Assembly: GCF_009914755.1 (NCBI RefSeq)
Contig: NC_060925.1
DNA from: the human T2T-CHM13v2.0 reference genome, Homo sapiens
Strand: one strand, 5' to 3'
Length of the DNA stretch: 64,000 nt
In this document: positions 1 through 17,122 of the stretch, in pieces
Position numbering within the stretch: position 1 is the stretch's first letter
Layout: the number at the start of each line of letters is the position of its first letter
Translations under genes and position numbers: made by a program
Notes under the pieces: model-generated
The model's input: the letters and a program-made list of their open reading frames with translations, nothing else
The model's database searches: none
Told to the model about the DNA's origin: nothing

Positions 1-123
1 GGAGGAGAGGGGGAGGGGGAGGAGGAGAGGGGGAGGGGGAGGAAAAAGGAAAGGAAAGCAAAGGAAGGGAAGGGAAGGGAAGGGAAGGGAAAGGAAGGAA
101 AAGAGGACAAAAGGAAGGAAAGA
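1..123 (+). repeat. GA-rich low-complexity tract (GGAGG/GGAAA/GGGAA units)
   Basis: Almost purine-only run with a 20-bp unit ggaggagagggggaggggga repeated twice, then (GGGAA)n. Confidence 0.9.
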
Positions 124-345
124 AGCCAGGTCCTGTGTTTAGGGACCTTTCCAAATCAAAGGAAATCTGGGAAGGTTCTAACTTATTTCACGGAAAAGGA
201 GTGCATCAGGAGGGAAATCCACAAGAAAGCTTTGAGAAATGCTCTCAAAGAGGTTCTGACTCTCACAGGTAGTGCTAGACGTTTCTCAGTAATCCTGAGA
301 TCAGTCTATTTCTCTCCCTCACAGCCCCATGCCTGGACTAAGCCT

Positions 346-719
<374 letters not shown>

Positions 720-2702
720 TAAAGGTTTAATTAAAGAGGTGAACTCCCATGTCAAGGAGAGTGTTAAAAGGTAAGAATTGAAGTTTGTTTTCTCTGGCTT
801 AGGGAAATCCTGACCCAGAGATGTGGAGAAGGATATTGAAGATGTTTTATACCAAATTATAAAATCTTGGATTAGGAGATTTCAGAAGACTTCCTAACAT
901 GTACTGTGGCTGCTCTTGCCACATGAAAAAAACCCATGGTCCTGTAGAGTATGCTCCAGTGATTTCTGGGAATCCCCAGGTGGAATCCCACATGTACTCA
1001 TGAACCAGCTTTATTGGCTACTATGTTGCTTCTACCCCGTTTTTTCTTTTTTCTTAAACTCATTCTGTGTAACGAAGCTGCCTCACTCAGTAGTGAGAAT
1101 GAAGATTAAATGAGATAGCACATAGGCACTCAATAAATCAAAATTTGTTGCAATAATGCCATTAATAATGAAGAAAAATAACTCCGCTAGTCGCTTCTGC
1201 TATTTTAAACTAGATGTCCACTGGAGTCAAGAGAGACTAGAATAAACTACTAAGGAATATTTGAAGGGAAAGATAATCCTTTTCTGTCAAAGACAGTGAT
1301 TCAGGCTTCAAAGGCAGGAGGATGACCCAGTCTGGACACAATAACAATTCCAGGCACAAGTTGCTATGTGTTGCAGGCAGGATCTCCTAAATGGAGTCCT
1401 GGTGGACACCTGTCCTAAAAGCACCCAGAGCTCACACTGCTCCAGCCTGCACCTCTCACCTCCAGCCACCTTGGAGAATGAAGATAAAGACAGTGATCAC
1501 TCCAGAGTGCATGCTGAGGCTCAGGGCCTGTGCTACATGCTGCAAGTATGTGACCTCACTGAGTCCTCACAGCAACTTATAAAGCCAATGCCCTTTACAG
1601 AAGGAGAATATATAAATTCATAAGAGTTAAATACCTTGCCCAAGGAAGTGTCTATTTTCTGACTGTAAGACACATCCTTAACCCCTCTGTATATGTCAGG
1701 AGTTTCCGGTAAATGTTCTCTACCTAGACCTGCAAGAAGGACTCCTTCTCTGCTCATCTGCTTAGACCCTAAAACCATCCCCACATCCTGGCCTCCTATG
1801 AGTCTAGCCTGGCTGCTTTGCATCCTCCCCTCATGGGAGTATTTGTGAAGAATGGATTTAGCTTCTTGGCTCTGCAGCTTTGCTTCTGAGCCAGACAGAG
1901 GACTCACATGACTCCAAGTGTCAGGTCCCCAGGGACACCAGTGCGAACACCAGCTGCAGCTGTGACTCCTTTTGCACACACTGTTTTTGGAGGAGCTCTT
2001 ACCACACTCTGAGGGACTGAGCACACTATTCACTTTCTGAAGGGTACTGAAGGAACATCTGGGGTCATCCTGCCTTGGTCAATATCCCTACATCTCTGCA
2101 GTAAAAGGCAAGCTCTTCTCACCCTTCCAAGCACGGAAATGCCTGCTGTCAGGGAGAAAACTTCCAGCAAAAGCTGGTGCTTTTGGACAGTACCAGATCT
2201 CCCTATCCCAGCTGATTTTCATAATTTCCTAGTCCTGAAATCGAGGCAGCATTTGCCAATGTCTATGCTTCTTGCTGGCAAGAAGATACAGTCTCAGCAG
2301 AATCTGCATGCAGCACTTTGGGGAAGAAAACTTGAGTGTTTTCAACATCTATCCTGCAGGCTTGATGTCCAGGTTTCCATGTAGGTCCTTGAAAGTCATG
2401 TCTAATAGAGTTGTGTACTACGTGTGCCTCAAGCTCCAAAATCCTTTGTCAGCAGCTCGAAATGACATCTGCTACTTGCTTAAAACCTCATGTCCTTCTT
2501 GAAAGTATTAGCCCCACTCTCACATTAGTTTAAGATCCTCATCAGAGAATTTTCTAAAGAGCCTGTATTAAGGATTTCACGGGAAGATATCCTTGATCTT
2601 CCTCTGTAATGCATCTCAATTCCTTATAACCTAACCCAAATACAACAAACCAAAATAATTTTGAGATCAGACAGACTGAAGCTGAAATTACCCAAAATGC
2701 CA

Positions 2703-3116
2703 CTGGTCAGGTTTCCTGGAAACAGACTCATAGAGGGAGATTTTTGCCAGATGTTTCTTGGAGAGTGCTCTCGGGAACATCTATAAGGGACCAAGGGAAA
2801 CAGGACTGGGCAGAGAGAGTTGAATAGAATGAAACAGAGGTTTAAGCTGATCCCATGGGGGAGTTCTGAATCTGGGTTGGCCTTTTAGAGATGTCTCAGA
2901 TTAACCTCTCTGACCTTCGTATCTCTGCACAGACCAGCTTCCAGGGAGAGGTTGTGTGTAACCTTGGATAAGGCAGTTACCTTTGGTAAAGAGAGCCATT
3001 TTCAAAGAGGAATTTACTTATGGGCCATCAGCAGGCAATGTTTGCAACCACTGGGGGCACTGAATGCCTTTGTTTTAAAGGTGGGATTTAGGTGGCACAC
3101 CACAGCATCCACTGCA
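2703..3116 (-). mobile_element. LTR16-family (ERVL) solo LTR, old
   Basis: ggtcaggtttcctggaaacagactc ... ggcacaccacagcatccactgca resembles the recalled LTR16C consensus in reverse. Confidence 0.65.
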
Positions 3117-3810
3117 CAAGGAAACTCTCTTACTCTCTAGGAAACAGAGGCCTAGAGAAGAAAAGCGGGTGGCCCAGGGTCACACAGCAAGGTGATGGAA
3201 TAAAAAAACAGTATGGACTGCTATGGAAACCGGGAGCATTAAAACAAAAAAGACAAAAACAAAACAAAAAACACTAGAATTGCAATGAGGACCATAAACC
3301 TCAAAATGTTTTCCCTCTAATATCAATATACCTATTTTTTTGCTAAGCATATCCTATTGTGCCAGCCAGTGTGTTAAGTATGTTACATTAATTAATATAT
3401 TAACTAATCAGAGGGAACCCCATAAAGTAGGTATTATCACCCTTATTCTGTAATGAGGAAACAATTTAGTAGCCTAGCAAAGTGTCTAGCACATATTAAA
3501 CATCCGTCTGTCTCCAATGCCTGTGCTTACAACCCACACCTTCCTCTCTACAATTCACCTAGGAGCCTTCTCTCTACCATTGTAAATTATGCTATCGCCC
3601 CAATCATCAACAGTTTAAGAGAGGAACAAGTCACCATTCTCTGCCCAGCAATCCCTCACTGCCATGAGAACTGCTATTTTTGTCACCATTTGTGATTCCT
3701 TACTAGTCCACCACCATTCTTATGCTGGCTTCATAAAATGAATTTCTAGTTTATCCGGCCAAAGGCCCATGGATCACAACGCTGTGACTAAACATTCTTT
3801 CAAGCATACA

Positions 3811-3995
3811 GCAAATATTTATTGGGTGCACGCTATGTGCTGGCGTCCTGCTAAGCACTTTGCATTCATTCTCTCGTACCACCCTATGAGGCAAATATTT
3901 TGATTCCTACTTTATAGATGAGAAAAACAGAGGTTTAGATAGTGCAATCACTGACCCAAGATCACGTAGCCTGGATTTAAATGCAGATCTGTTTT
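3811..3995 (-). mobile_element. MIR SINE
   Basis: atttattgggtg...ctaagcactttgc...tttatagatgagaaaaacagagg...acccaagatcac MIR core. Confidence 0.75.
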
Positions 3996-5445
3996 GCTTT
4001 GACAAAGCTGGGTTCATTCATTCTCTGTTATTAAGCAAACATTTATTAAGTTCCTACGCACAACCCAGTACTGTGCAGAACTGCACTGGAGATAGAGCTC
4101 CACTCAGGACATATGCTCTCATTCCTTGCCTTTGTGGCAGTTGCATTCTAGAGGAAGAGTCACAAATACAAAGGCCTCCAGGGGCTTTGAGTTAAGTGGA
4201 TGGGTGGGGAGTGCAAGGAGGGGACAGCTGTTCTCTGCCTTCTTAAGGCAGTGACTACTCAACTCCAACCAAATGTTGGTATGTGAGAATATGGGCCCAG
4301 AATTGCCAGCTTTTCCATTCTTCAAGAGGAGCCAGAAATCTATATTTTATGCAAAGTGCCTTGATGTCTTAAAATTGTGGACTAAGCCAACTATTCTGTT
4401 AGCATGAATGTGTGTTAAACAAAAGGCATATGTGGGCCAGATTAAGCCCTGGGGGACACCACGAATGCCATCTTATTCTGAGACTCCTAGAAAGTCAGCC
4501 CACTTAAATCCAGGTTAATCTCATGTCGAAATGTCAAGTGCACCCTACATGTTCCCTGAATCTGGGGACTTTGCCTATGGTACAGGAAGCTTTAAGTCAT
4601 GACTCAAAGTTTTCTTGCTAGAGAAACCCTACAGTTTATTTCTCTTATTCCTTGAAATTCCATTCTTCCCTGAGTCTAGGCTATTAGCTGACCTGCTTCT
4701 GTCAGGAAATAGCTGGATTGTGGGTGTCTACAAACAGTAAGAGAAGGCTACGTGACCACCGCTCACAGCCTCCTTCCCCCTTCTTGTTCCTGCTGCCACC
4801 AGATGGTTCTGAGATAATGCCACGTCTTTCCTGCAAGAAACAACATTTCCGAGCCATTCTGCTGATCCCTTCTGGCTGTCTTGGGAATGCAATTTCTGGG
4901 CCTCTCCCCTCCTGTCATTGCTTCCCCTGTCTTATCTTCAGAGGGGTAGGGGACCTGAGCTGGTCCCTTTCCAAAGAGAGTCAATCATCCACCATGCTGG
5001 AAGTACAGGGGCTCACGTAGATGGTGTAAACGTGCAAACTCGAGTTCTGGCTCGCCCATGTATGCTTACAGTATGTTTGGGACCACCCAATCATTTCCAA
5101 ACTTATGTGTGATACCAATCTCACTCCTTATCTCTGCTGTGAAGATTCATATTCTCTAATCAAACAAGTGGAGTTCTTAGTCTCCCAAAAATCCTGTGGG
5201 AGACAAAACAAGATGATCTTTGCCCACAAACCTGGCATCCAGCCAAGCTTTGATCTCTGATTCCAGCCCCTCCCTCAGTCCTCAACATGATTCTCCCATG
5301 ATGTTAAACAACATCTCTTCATACCTCTGTTGATGACACAAGAGTCAAAGAGTGGGGATCTAATCAGTAGTTACTACCTGCTCCTGGATATTAATTGGTA
5401 GGAAGGAGAATTTGGCCCCTGAGATGAGATCAGTATTAGCTGTCA

Positions 5446-5862
<417 letters not shown>

Positions 5863-7606
5863 CTAACCCAGGGAATATGGAAGATATTCTGAATACATTG
5901 CTTGACATTGGCAGACATTGGCTCTTACATTTTACATTTGAGATTTCAGTTATTTTCAAGCTAACTTCTAAAGGCCATGTCAAGCCACCATTTTCAAATT
6001 TTGCTGAGGCACAAATTTGGATTGCACAATGAGAAGCAGGTAGTTTGACAAATGAATGAGCCCAGCTAATTGCCTGATACCTACCTTTCTATGGTATTTT
6101 GTCTCCACTTAATACAGGATTTCCTTTAATCTTCACAAAGAGCCTGTTGGGGAGGTATTATTACTCTCATTTTACAGATTCATGAATAGATCATGGGCTA
6201 TGGGCTATGGTAATCTACATAAAAATGAGAATTGAAGAAAATCTCAAATAGTATCTCATTTGCACGTCAAGAGTCTACTGGACTAATTTTTTTCTTCTCT
6301 ATTTGGAACAATCTAGTTGAAAAAAATACATCACTGCAATGATCTGGAAAGAATCTTTCAACTATACCTCAAGCATCAACTGAGGCCTTCTAGACTATGA
6401 GATGTATGAGATGTAATTAGAGTTACCACAGCCTCCAATTCCACCACCTAGATGAGCCTGAATCCCAGACTTGTTTGCCAATTCTCTGAGCTTTACAATC
6501 ATAAGGGAGTTCCCTTGTCTACAAGCCCTATCTTGATTTCTTTGGTGAGGTCTATTAAAAGCCCAACAAATGTTTTAGGGTTCTGTAGACTTTGCAGACA
6601 TTTTATTTGCTTGTTTGTTTGGGGAAATGGTGGTTAAAGAAGAGTTTCATGGAGAAGCACACAGCTTGCCATCATTTATCTCACTCTTCATCCCTCTTTT
6701 CCCCCTTTCTTTTTCTCTGGCCCTTTCCCAGCCCTCAGGAACAGCAATTTAGTAATGCAATCCCCTGGTCCCTTTCTCTGAAGAGTCACCAACCAACTCC
6801 CAGGCCTTGAGGGCCTTAGATTTCCCTCAAGTGAGACTATCAAGGCATTTTCCTATGAAAATATTCTATGTATGTTGCTGTAAGAATAATATTCTCTCCC
6901 TTTGGTGATAACAACTATGAGAACTATCTCAACCATGGAAGAGGCTGCCCCAGGAAGTAAGGAGATTGATTCCTCTAGGCCAAAGACCTAGAAAACCGTT
7001 TATAGGGACATTGGAGAAAGATTTATATTGATGATTATGCCAAAGTACCTGCAAGATCCTTCAACCCAGAGATCCCCCAGTGCAAGATTTCTGAGGACTC
7101 CCAGATTTTGACAGCAGACAGACCTGGATTTGCATCAGTGTTCCATGTCTTGCTGATTGTCAGATTACAGGATGGTATATACCCCATCTAAGACACATTT
7201 CCCACATCTGTAAAGTGCACATGATAAATGATAAATGGCAAAGTGTTCCTTAGTTATTTAACACAATGTCCTGCTACATAGCAATAGCAACATAACAGAG
7301 GGCTTCTAGTATTATCTTTATTTTACTGTCATTGTTTTGTTGGTAGGTTGTCTACCTCAGAGAAGCAGCAGGACTTAATTTTAAACAGGTATTCAATTAG
7401 AATCAAAGAAATAAACTCTAGCACCACTTCTGCTGCATAATATCTGAGCAATGTTAAACACATCACTTAACTGATCTAAACCTCGGTTTCCTCACTTGAA
7501 ACTATGGGGTAATAACACTCTTTTTTTGATTACCTCAGTTGTGTTACATGAGAAAATTAATGTAACTGTACTTTAAAAATTATAATTACCTTAAAAATTA
7601 GTTAAA

Positions 7607-11778
<4,172 letters not shown>

Positions 11779-12846
11779 ATGAGTCAAAATGATGGAGTTG
11801 CCACATCTACCTTATGTGCACATCTCACAGCTTCTGTTTCTGGGTCCTATTCTTCCTGGTGTTTTTGTGTTGTCCTCCTCTTGTCTGGGATCCACTGAAG
11901 CTCACCAGCTTGTTCATGGTCCTGAGCTGTAACCCCAAATATGCTCCACTTAATCCCTCCTTCCCTGGCCAAAAGCTCAAAAGTGGCCCCTACTAAGAAT
12001 TTGCTCATGACTTTGTAAGCTAGCACTGTTTGAGAACATAAGCATATTTTCAACAGGGGCCTTCTAGAGAATTGTCCCATAAGCCAACAGGAAGATAAAG
12101 ATAGTAGAATTATTTTAAAGGGGATAGACCTCATGTTGCCTATGCAGAAAGAGTCTGCTTTATCTGAAGCTAGGCCAGACTCACTCTGTGTCATGTCCCA
12201 TTGCTTCTTCTATCCCAAGCCTCTATGGATCAGTTGTGAGATCCACAGACACTCATATCCTGTAGCAGCTTTCATTCCATACCAAACTATGTCTCCTGTA
12301 CAACCAGAAGCAGAGGCATAGATCAGATGACCTCTGGACTTCCCTGCCAATTCTTGGAATGAAGTATCAAAGGGATTCCAGGCAAAGTGATTACAACCCT
12401 TGGTCATTTCTTCAACAACAAACATTTACTAAACTCCTACATTAAACCAGGCATTATGCCAGAATCTGAGCACTCAAAGCTGAATAAGATGCAACATAGC
12501 CCTGAACTGGGTGCTAACCTCCTCCCATGAAACTCAAAGTACCATAAATTCCTATTTGAAAAGAAAACCAAAAATTCTTCCCAGGCATTTTCTCATTTGA
12601 TCATAAGCCACTCTGTAATCTAATAACTGATATCCCCATTTAATATAGGAGGTAACGGGGGCTCTGAGGGATTTGTTTAATGTAAAAGAGACATTAACTA
12701 GTAGAGTTGGAATTTGAGGAGGGCAGGCACTTCAAGGGAAAGGCAAGCCCATTGTTTTTGGTCTGTGCTGTCTGTCCTTGGGATTCTGAGCCTGTTAAAA
12801 GCATTAGTGTGAACCAGACAGAGGTGTACATATATGATTAACTCAC

Positions 12847-13914
12847 CCTAGTACTTCTGGTGTTTCAGATAACCCCTCCTCCAACCCCCTTGCTCTCTCT
12901 GCAACCTGCCACTTAAGCCAGGGTAAGTCAAATGCAAAGACAAGGGTGGATTTGCACCCTCTAGGAAGGCAGCATGGACCTTGAAGGGTATGCTGTCTCT
13001 GCTTACACCATTATCTTTCTCTTCATCAGAAGGGCCTTGATTAAATAGCAAGCACATTTCAGAATTGGAATGAGAAGGTAATACATAAAACCACAAGCCT
13101 AGTTTCAGAACAGTCTCAAAGCTCCTAGGCTTTTTGCCTAGAGAAAATAATTTGGTCAGAGGGCTTTTAGCTCCTCGTTTGGGTGTGGGGGGACTATAGT
13201 GATCTGTGTTTTCCATGACAACCACATTTTTTCTATAAATAGATCTGCCCCAAGCAGGGTGCAAGCTTGTAATTAGTTCTTAATACATTTTCACAAATGA
13301 CTGATCAATGACTGGAAATACATATCCCTTCTCCAGTACACAACTTACTTGTTTCCAACAGTGACAGATTTCATAGGGTTTCTTTTGCATTACCGGGAAA
13401 TTTACTCTAGTGTTTATGGAAGCTGTCAGGAGTGTATCTAAATATTCAAGTCTATCTAAAAAGATTCTGTAATTAGTATCTCTCCAGGCCAAAACAGCTT
13501 GAGTCTCAATAACTCAGTAACAAAGCATTATTTCTCTGGCTCTTTTCCTGCCAGCTGTTGCAATAATGAGAGCCCACCCCAACCCTTCTTTTGCTTGTTC
13601 TGGGAATCCTCGGGGAGTGGCCAATGTCATATAGGCCCTTGAACAGAGTTCCTGGACACCGAGTTTTCCCTGTTCCTCTTCAGAATTGCAGTGGTGATGT
13701 CTTCTGTCACTGCCGATACCAAAGGCTTCATGATATAAGCACAATTCTGGAACATGGTGACCTCTCCATTCCAGATGTGAACTTACTCTGGCTCAGGCAG
13801 TATCGTTCATGAGGACGTGCCTTTGGAGGCCCATCCCACCTGTTCTTCATATGTGCTCGAAAGGGTCTGTGTCCCATGACGAGTACAACTTAGACTGCCA
13901 AGCTGGGACCCCTG
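12847..13914 (-). ncRNA. Cluster of three candidate non-coding exons (13787-13914, 13349-13455, 12847-12905)
   Basis: Minus-strand donors AGA|GTAAGT, CAA|GTAAGT and AGG|GTGAGT; acceptors tttggcttgcag, tactaat...tctttttag and ttaagtggcag; stops in all frames of 13787-13914. Confidence 0.4.
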
Positions 13915-14477
13915 CTGCAAGCCAAAGTGAGCAAGTGTCTGCACTGGCTTTGTATCAGGAGTTGAACTATCCTAGATTTGAACCAGAAGCTGATGATAAG
14001 TGTGCTGACAACACTTGAGTCTCTTTTATTCCTGATGTAAGTAGTTAAGCTAATTCTACTTTTGTTCTCAGAATGACCGGAGGAAGGAGAACCAAGCTCA
14101 TTTACTCTTTACTTTGGAAAAAGGAAACAGCAGAAACTTGGGGCACAGTCTCTTAATGGAAAGTCACCTTAGAACATAATTTCTCAAGAAGAAGTTGAGT
14201 CACATATCCAACAAGTGCAACAGGTGGGTTTATAATGGCGATGGAAAAGATAATTTGGAATGAAGATTCTTTCAGATGCTGCATTTGTTTGTTATTTATT
14301 TCTGTGTCACTCCATATAGGAGTTAATGCCACTGCCAGAAATACTTAAAGATCTCAAAGAAATATAAAAAAGAAGCCCATATAAGTAAAAAAGATAAACA
14401 TGATTGGGGCATAAGATAGAATTGAAATGAAGCTCATGTAAAAATGCCATTCAAGCAGCCCTAAGCTTCCCAGCATT

Positions 14478-14478
<1 letters not shown>

Positions 14479-14517
<39 letters not shown>
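14479..14517 (+). repeat. (CA)n microsatellite
   Basis: About 19 perfect AC units. Confidence 0.97.
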
Positions 14518-14518
<1 letters not shown>

Positions 14519-15089
14519 GTCTGATAGAAGTTATGGGATTCCTAGATTTCTTAGGATTTGTTTTAAGTTTCTCAAGAAAAGATAGCTATTCCTGATACCA
14601 AATAGAAATAAATTTCTCCCTAGAAGACTTATAAAGTGTGTTTCATGAGTAATTCCAGAAAATGTGGTCAACAAAAACCAAGGAAAGCGTTCAGTGGGCA
14701 GAGAGGGTGATGTTAAGAATGCAAATAGCAGTGCATGAGCACAGAAGATGAGAAGAGGCCCAGCCGAGAACTGTGGAGGCTCTTGTCCTCTTCTTCCCCT
14801 TCCCCATACAGGCCTCTCTTTTGCATGGTTTTTGCCCCATCTAGCATCGTCCTTCCAGTTCTTTTTTCCTTAATGGCTCTGTCCTTTTCAACCTCTCTCT
14901 CTGTACCGAAGTAAAGTTGTTTCCTCTTCCTGTCCTGAAGTTCAGAAAGAACAAAGTACATGCCCAAGGTCATACAGCTGAGTAGTGTAGTTTACATGTC
15001 TTAAGGTTTTGAGTCAGACCTGTGTCAAACCAATCTCTATCCTTAAAGATTTACTCAATATTTAGCAAATATTTATAGAATTCAAACTG

Positions 15090-15720
15090 GGGTGATCCCA
15101 TCTAGTCTTAAGACTTGAAACATGATCTGTATACTCATGTCACCCAAGTGTATACTTCTGGTCCTGACCTCTTTCCTGAAATTCCAACTCCTACATCCAA
15201 TGCCTCTGAGCATGTTCACTCAGATGTCTGGTAAGCAACTCCAAGTGTCCAGATCCAAAGTACCATGAGTCTGGACTTTTCCTCCAAAGCTTTTCCTGCC
15301 CATGTCTTTTGCATCTCGAGAAATGATATCTCCATTTACCCAGATGCTTAAGTCAGTTTTCTTACCCTTCCCTCTTCAAATACATTAGGAAACCTATCTG
15401 CTCCAACCCAAGTTCAGCCACTTCTTGCCATCCCCAATACTATCATTCCAGACCAACTCTTCTCTCTCCTTTTCTAGTGTTAACATAGCCTCCTATACAA
15501 CTTCCCTATTTCTAATCTTGCCCCACTCGCCACACAACAGCCATAGCAATCTAGTTAAAACTAAATCAGATCATGGAATTTCCTTGCTCAAAACATTCCA
15601 ATGCTGCCTTTGTATTGAACAAAACTTAAATAAGGGAGTGGCTTGAAGGTTGTATACAGCCTGGCCCCTATCTCTCTGAACTCATTTGCAAGCATTTCCC
15701 CCTTTTATTCACTGTGCTCT
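15090..15720 (+). mobile_element. L2 LINE fragment
   Basis: gacctctttcctgaaattccaactcctacatccaatgcct...tcagatcatggaatttccttgctcaaaacattccaatg typical L2a motifs. Confidence 0.7.
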
Positions 15721-15779
15721 TGTGTGTGTGTGTGTTTGTGCATGTGGGCATATATGTACATTTATGTATGTAAACATAA

Positions 15780-16514
15780 TTAGTATTGTGTTTCATTGAC
15801 AAACCATAATTTTATATAACTTTATGGGGCACAATGTGATATTTTTATATATGTATACAATATGGAATAATTAAATCAAGCTGATTAAGATATCTATCAC
15901 CTCACTTATTTTTTGTTAGGAAACATTTGAAATTTATTCCCTCAGTTGTTTTGAAATATACATTATTATTGACTATAGTCAGCCTATTGTGCAATAGATT
16001 GCAAAACTAATCCTCCTGTCTAACTGAAACTTTTTACCCTATGACCGGCAACTCCCCATTCCCTCCCTCTTCTCCCCACCTCCTCACCCAGCCTCTGGTA
16101 GCCATCATTCTACTCTCTACTTCTGTGAGTACAACTTTTTTAGATTCCGCATAAAAGTGAGATCATGCAGTATTTGCTTTTCTGTGCCTAGCTTATTTAA
16201 CTTTGCACAATATTCTCCACGTTCATCCACATTGTCACAAATGACAAGATTTTCTTCTTTTTTAAGACTGAATAGTATTCCATTGTCTACATGTACCACA
16301 TTTTCTTTATCTATTCATCTGTTGATGGACACAAGTTGATTCCACATCTTGGCTATTGTGGACAGCACTGCCATGAACATAGGAGTCCAGATATCCTTTG
16401 GACATATTGATTTCAATTCTTTTGGACTAATACCCAGAAGAGGGTTTGACTGACATATGATAGTTCTATTTTTAGTTTTTTGAGGAACTTCCATTCAGTT
16501 TCCCATAATGGCTG
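15780..16514 (-). mobile_element. L1MA 3' end (left half, interrupted by ERV9)
   Basis: L1MA 3' UTR motifs; ends ...ttcccataatggctg, continued at 26147 by gctgtactaatttacattcccacc. Confidence 0.85.
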
Positions 16515-17066
16515 TGAGTCTGGAGTTTGTTCCTGCCGGTGGGTTCGTGGTCTCGCTGACTTCAAGAATGAAGCTGCAGACGTTCGTGGTAAGTGTTACA
16601 GCTTTTAAAGGTGACACGGACCCAAAGAGTGAGGAGCAGCAAGATTTATTGTGAACAGCGAAAAACAGAGCTTCCACAGCATGTAAAGGGACCCAAGAAG
16701 GTTGCCACTGCTGGCTGGGATGACCAGCTTTTATTCCCTTATTTGTCCCCTCCCATGTTCCATTTCTGTCATATCAGAGTGCCCTTTTTTCAATCCTCCC
16801 TGTGATTGGCTACTTTTAGGCTCCTGCTGATTGGTGCATTTTACAGAGCTCTGATTGGTGCATTTTACAGAGTGCTGATTGGTGCATTTTACAGAGTGCT
16901 GATTGGTGCATTTTACAACCCCCTTGCTATCTACAGAGCACTGATTGGTGCATTTTACAATCCTAGCTACAGAGTGCTGATTGGTGCATTTTACAATCCT
17001 CTTGTAAGACAGAAAATTCTCCAAGTCCCCAATCAACCCAAGAAGTCCAGCTGGCTTTACCTCTCA
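16515..17066 (-). mobile_element. LTR12-family (ERV9) 3' LTR, complete U3-R-U5
   Basis: Minus strand starts TGAGAGGTAAAGCCAGCTGGACTT and ends ...AACTCCAGACTCA; preceded by PPT tttagaggggggat; CCAAT repeat array, AATAAAA box (16729-16735), polyA signal (16645-16650). Confidence 0.95.
16803..17000 (-). promoter_or_regulatory. LTR12 U3 tandem CCAAT (NF-Y) repeat array
   Basis: Six copies of ctgattggtgcattttaca plus one tgattggc, i.e. seven CCAAT boxes on the minus strand. Confidence 0.85.
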
Positions 17067-17122
17067 ATCCCCCCTCTAAACAGGACACTCCAACTGCTGC
17101 TGGGAATTGGGCGATGACCACT

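Noticed and set aside
1533-2033. 166-aa minus-strand ORF
   Set aside because: Non-ATG start, ends in a MIR relic, no domain similarity or splice context
16731-17117. Repetitive peptides (VKCTNQHS / LIGAFYR) and an array-like appearance
   Set aside because: Normal LTR12 U3 CCAAT repeats; not a protein repeat or CRISPR array (no unique spacers, eukaryotic context)
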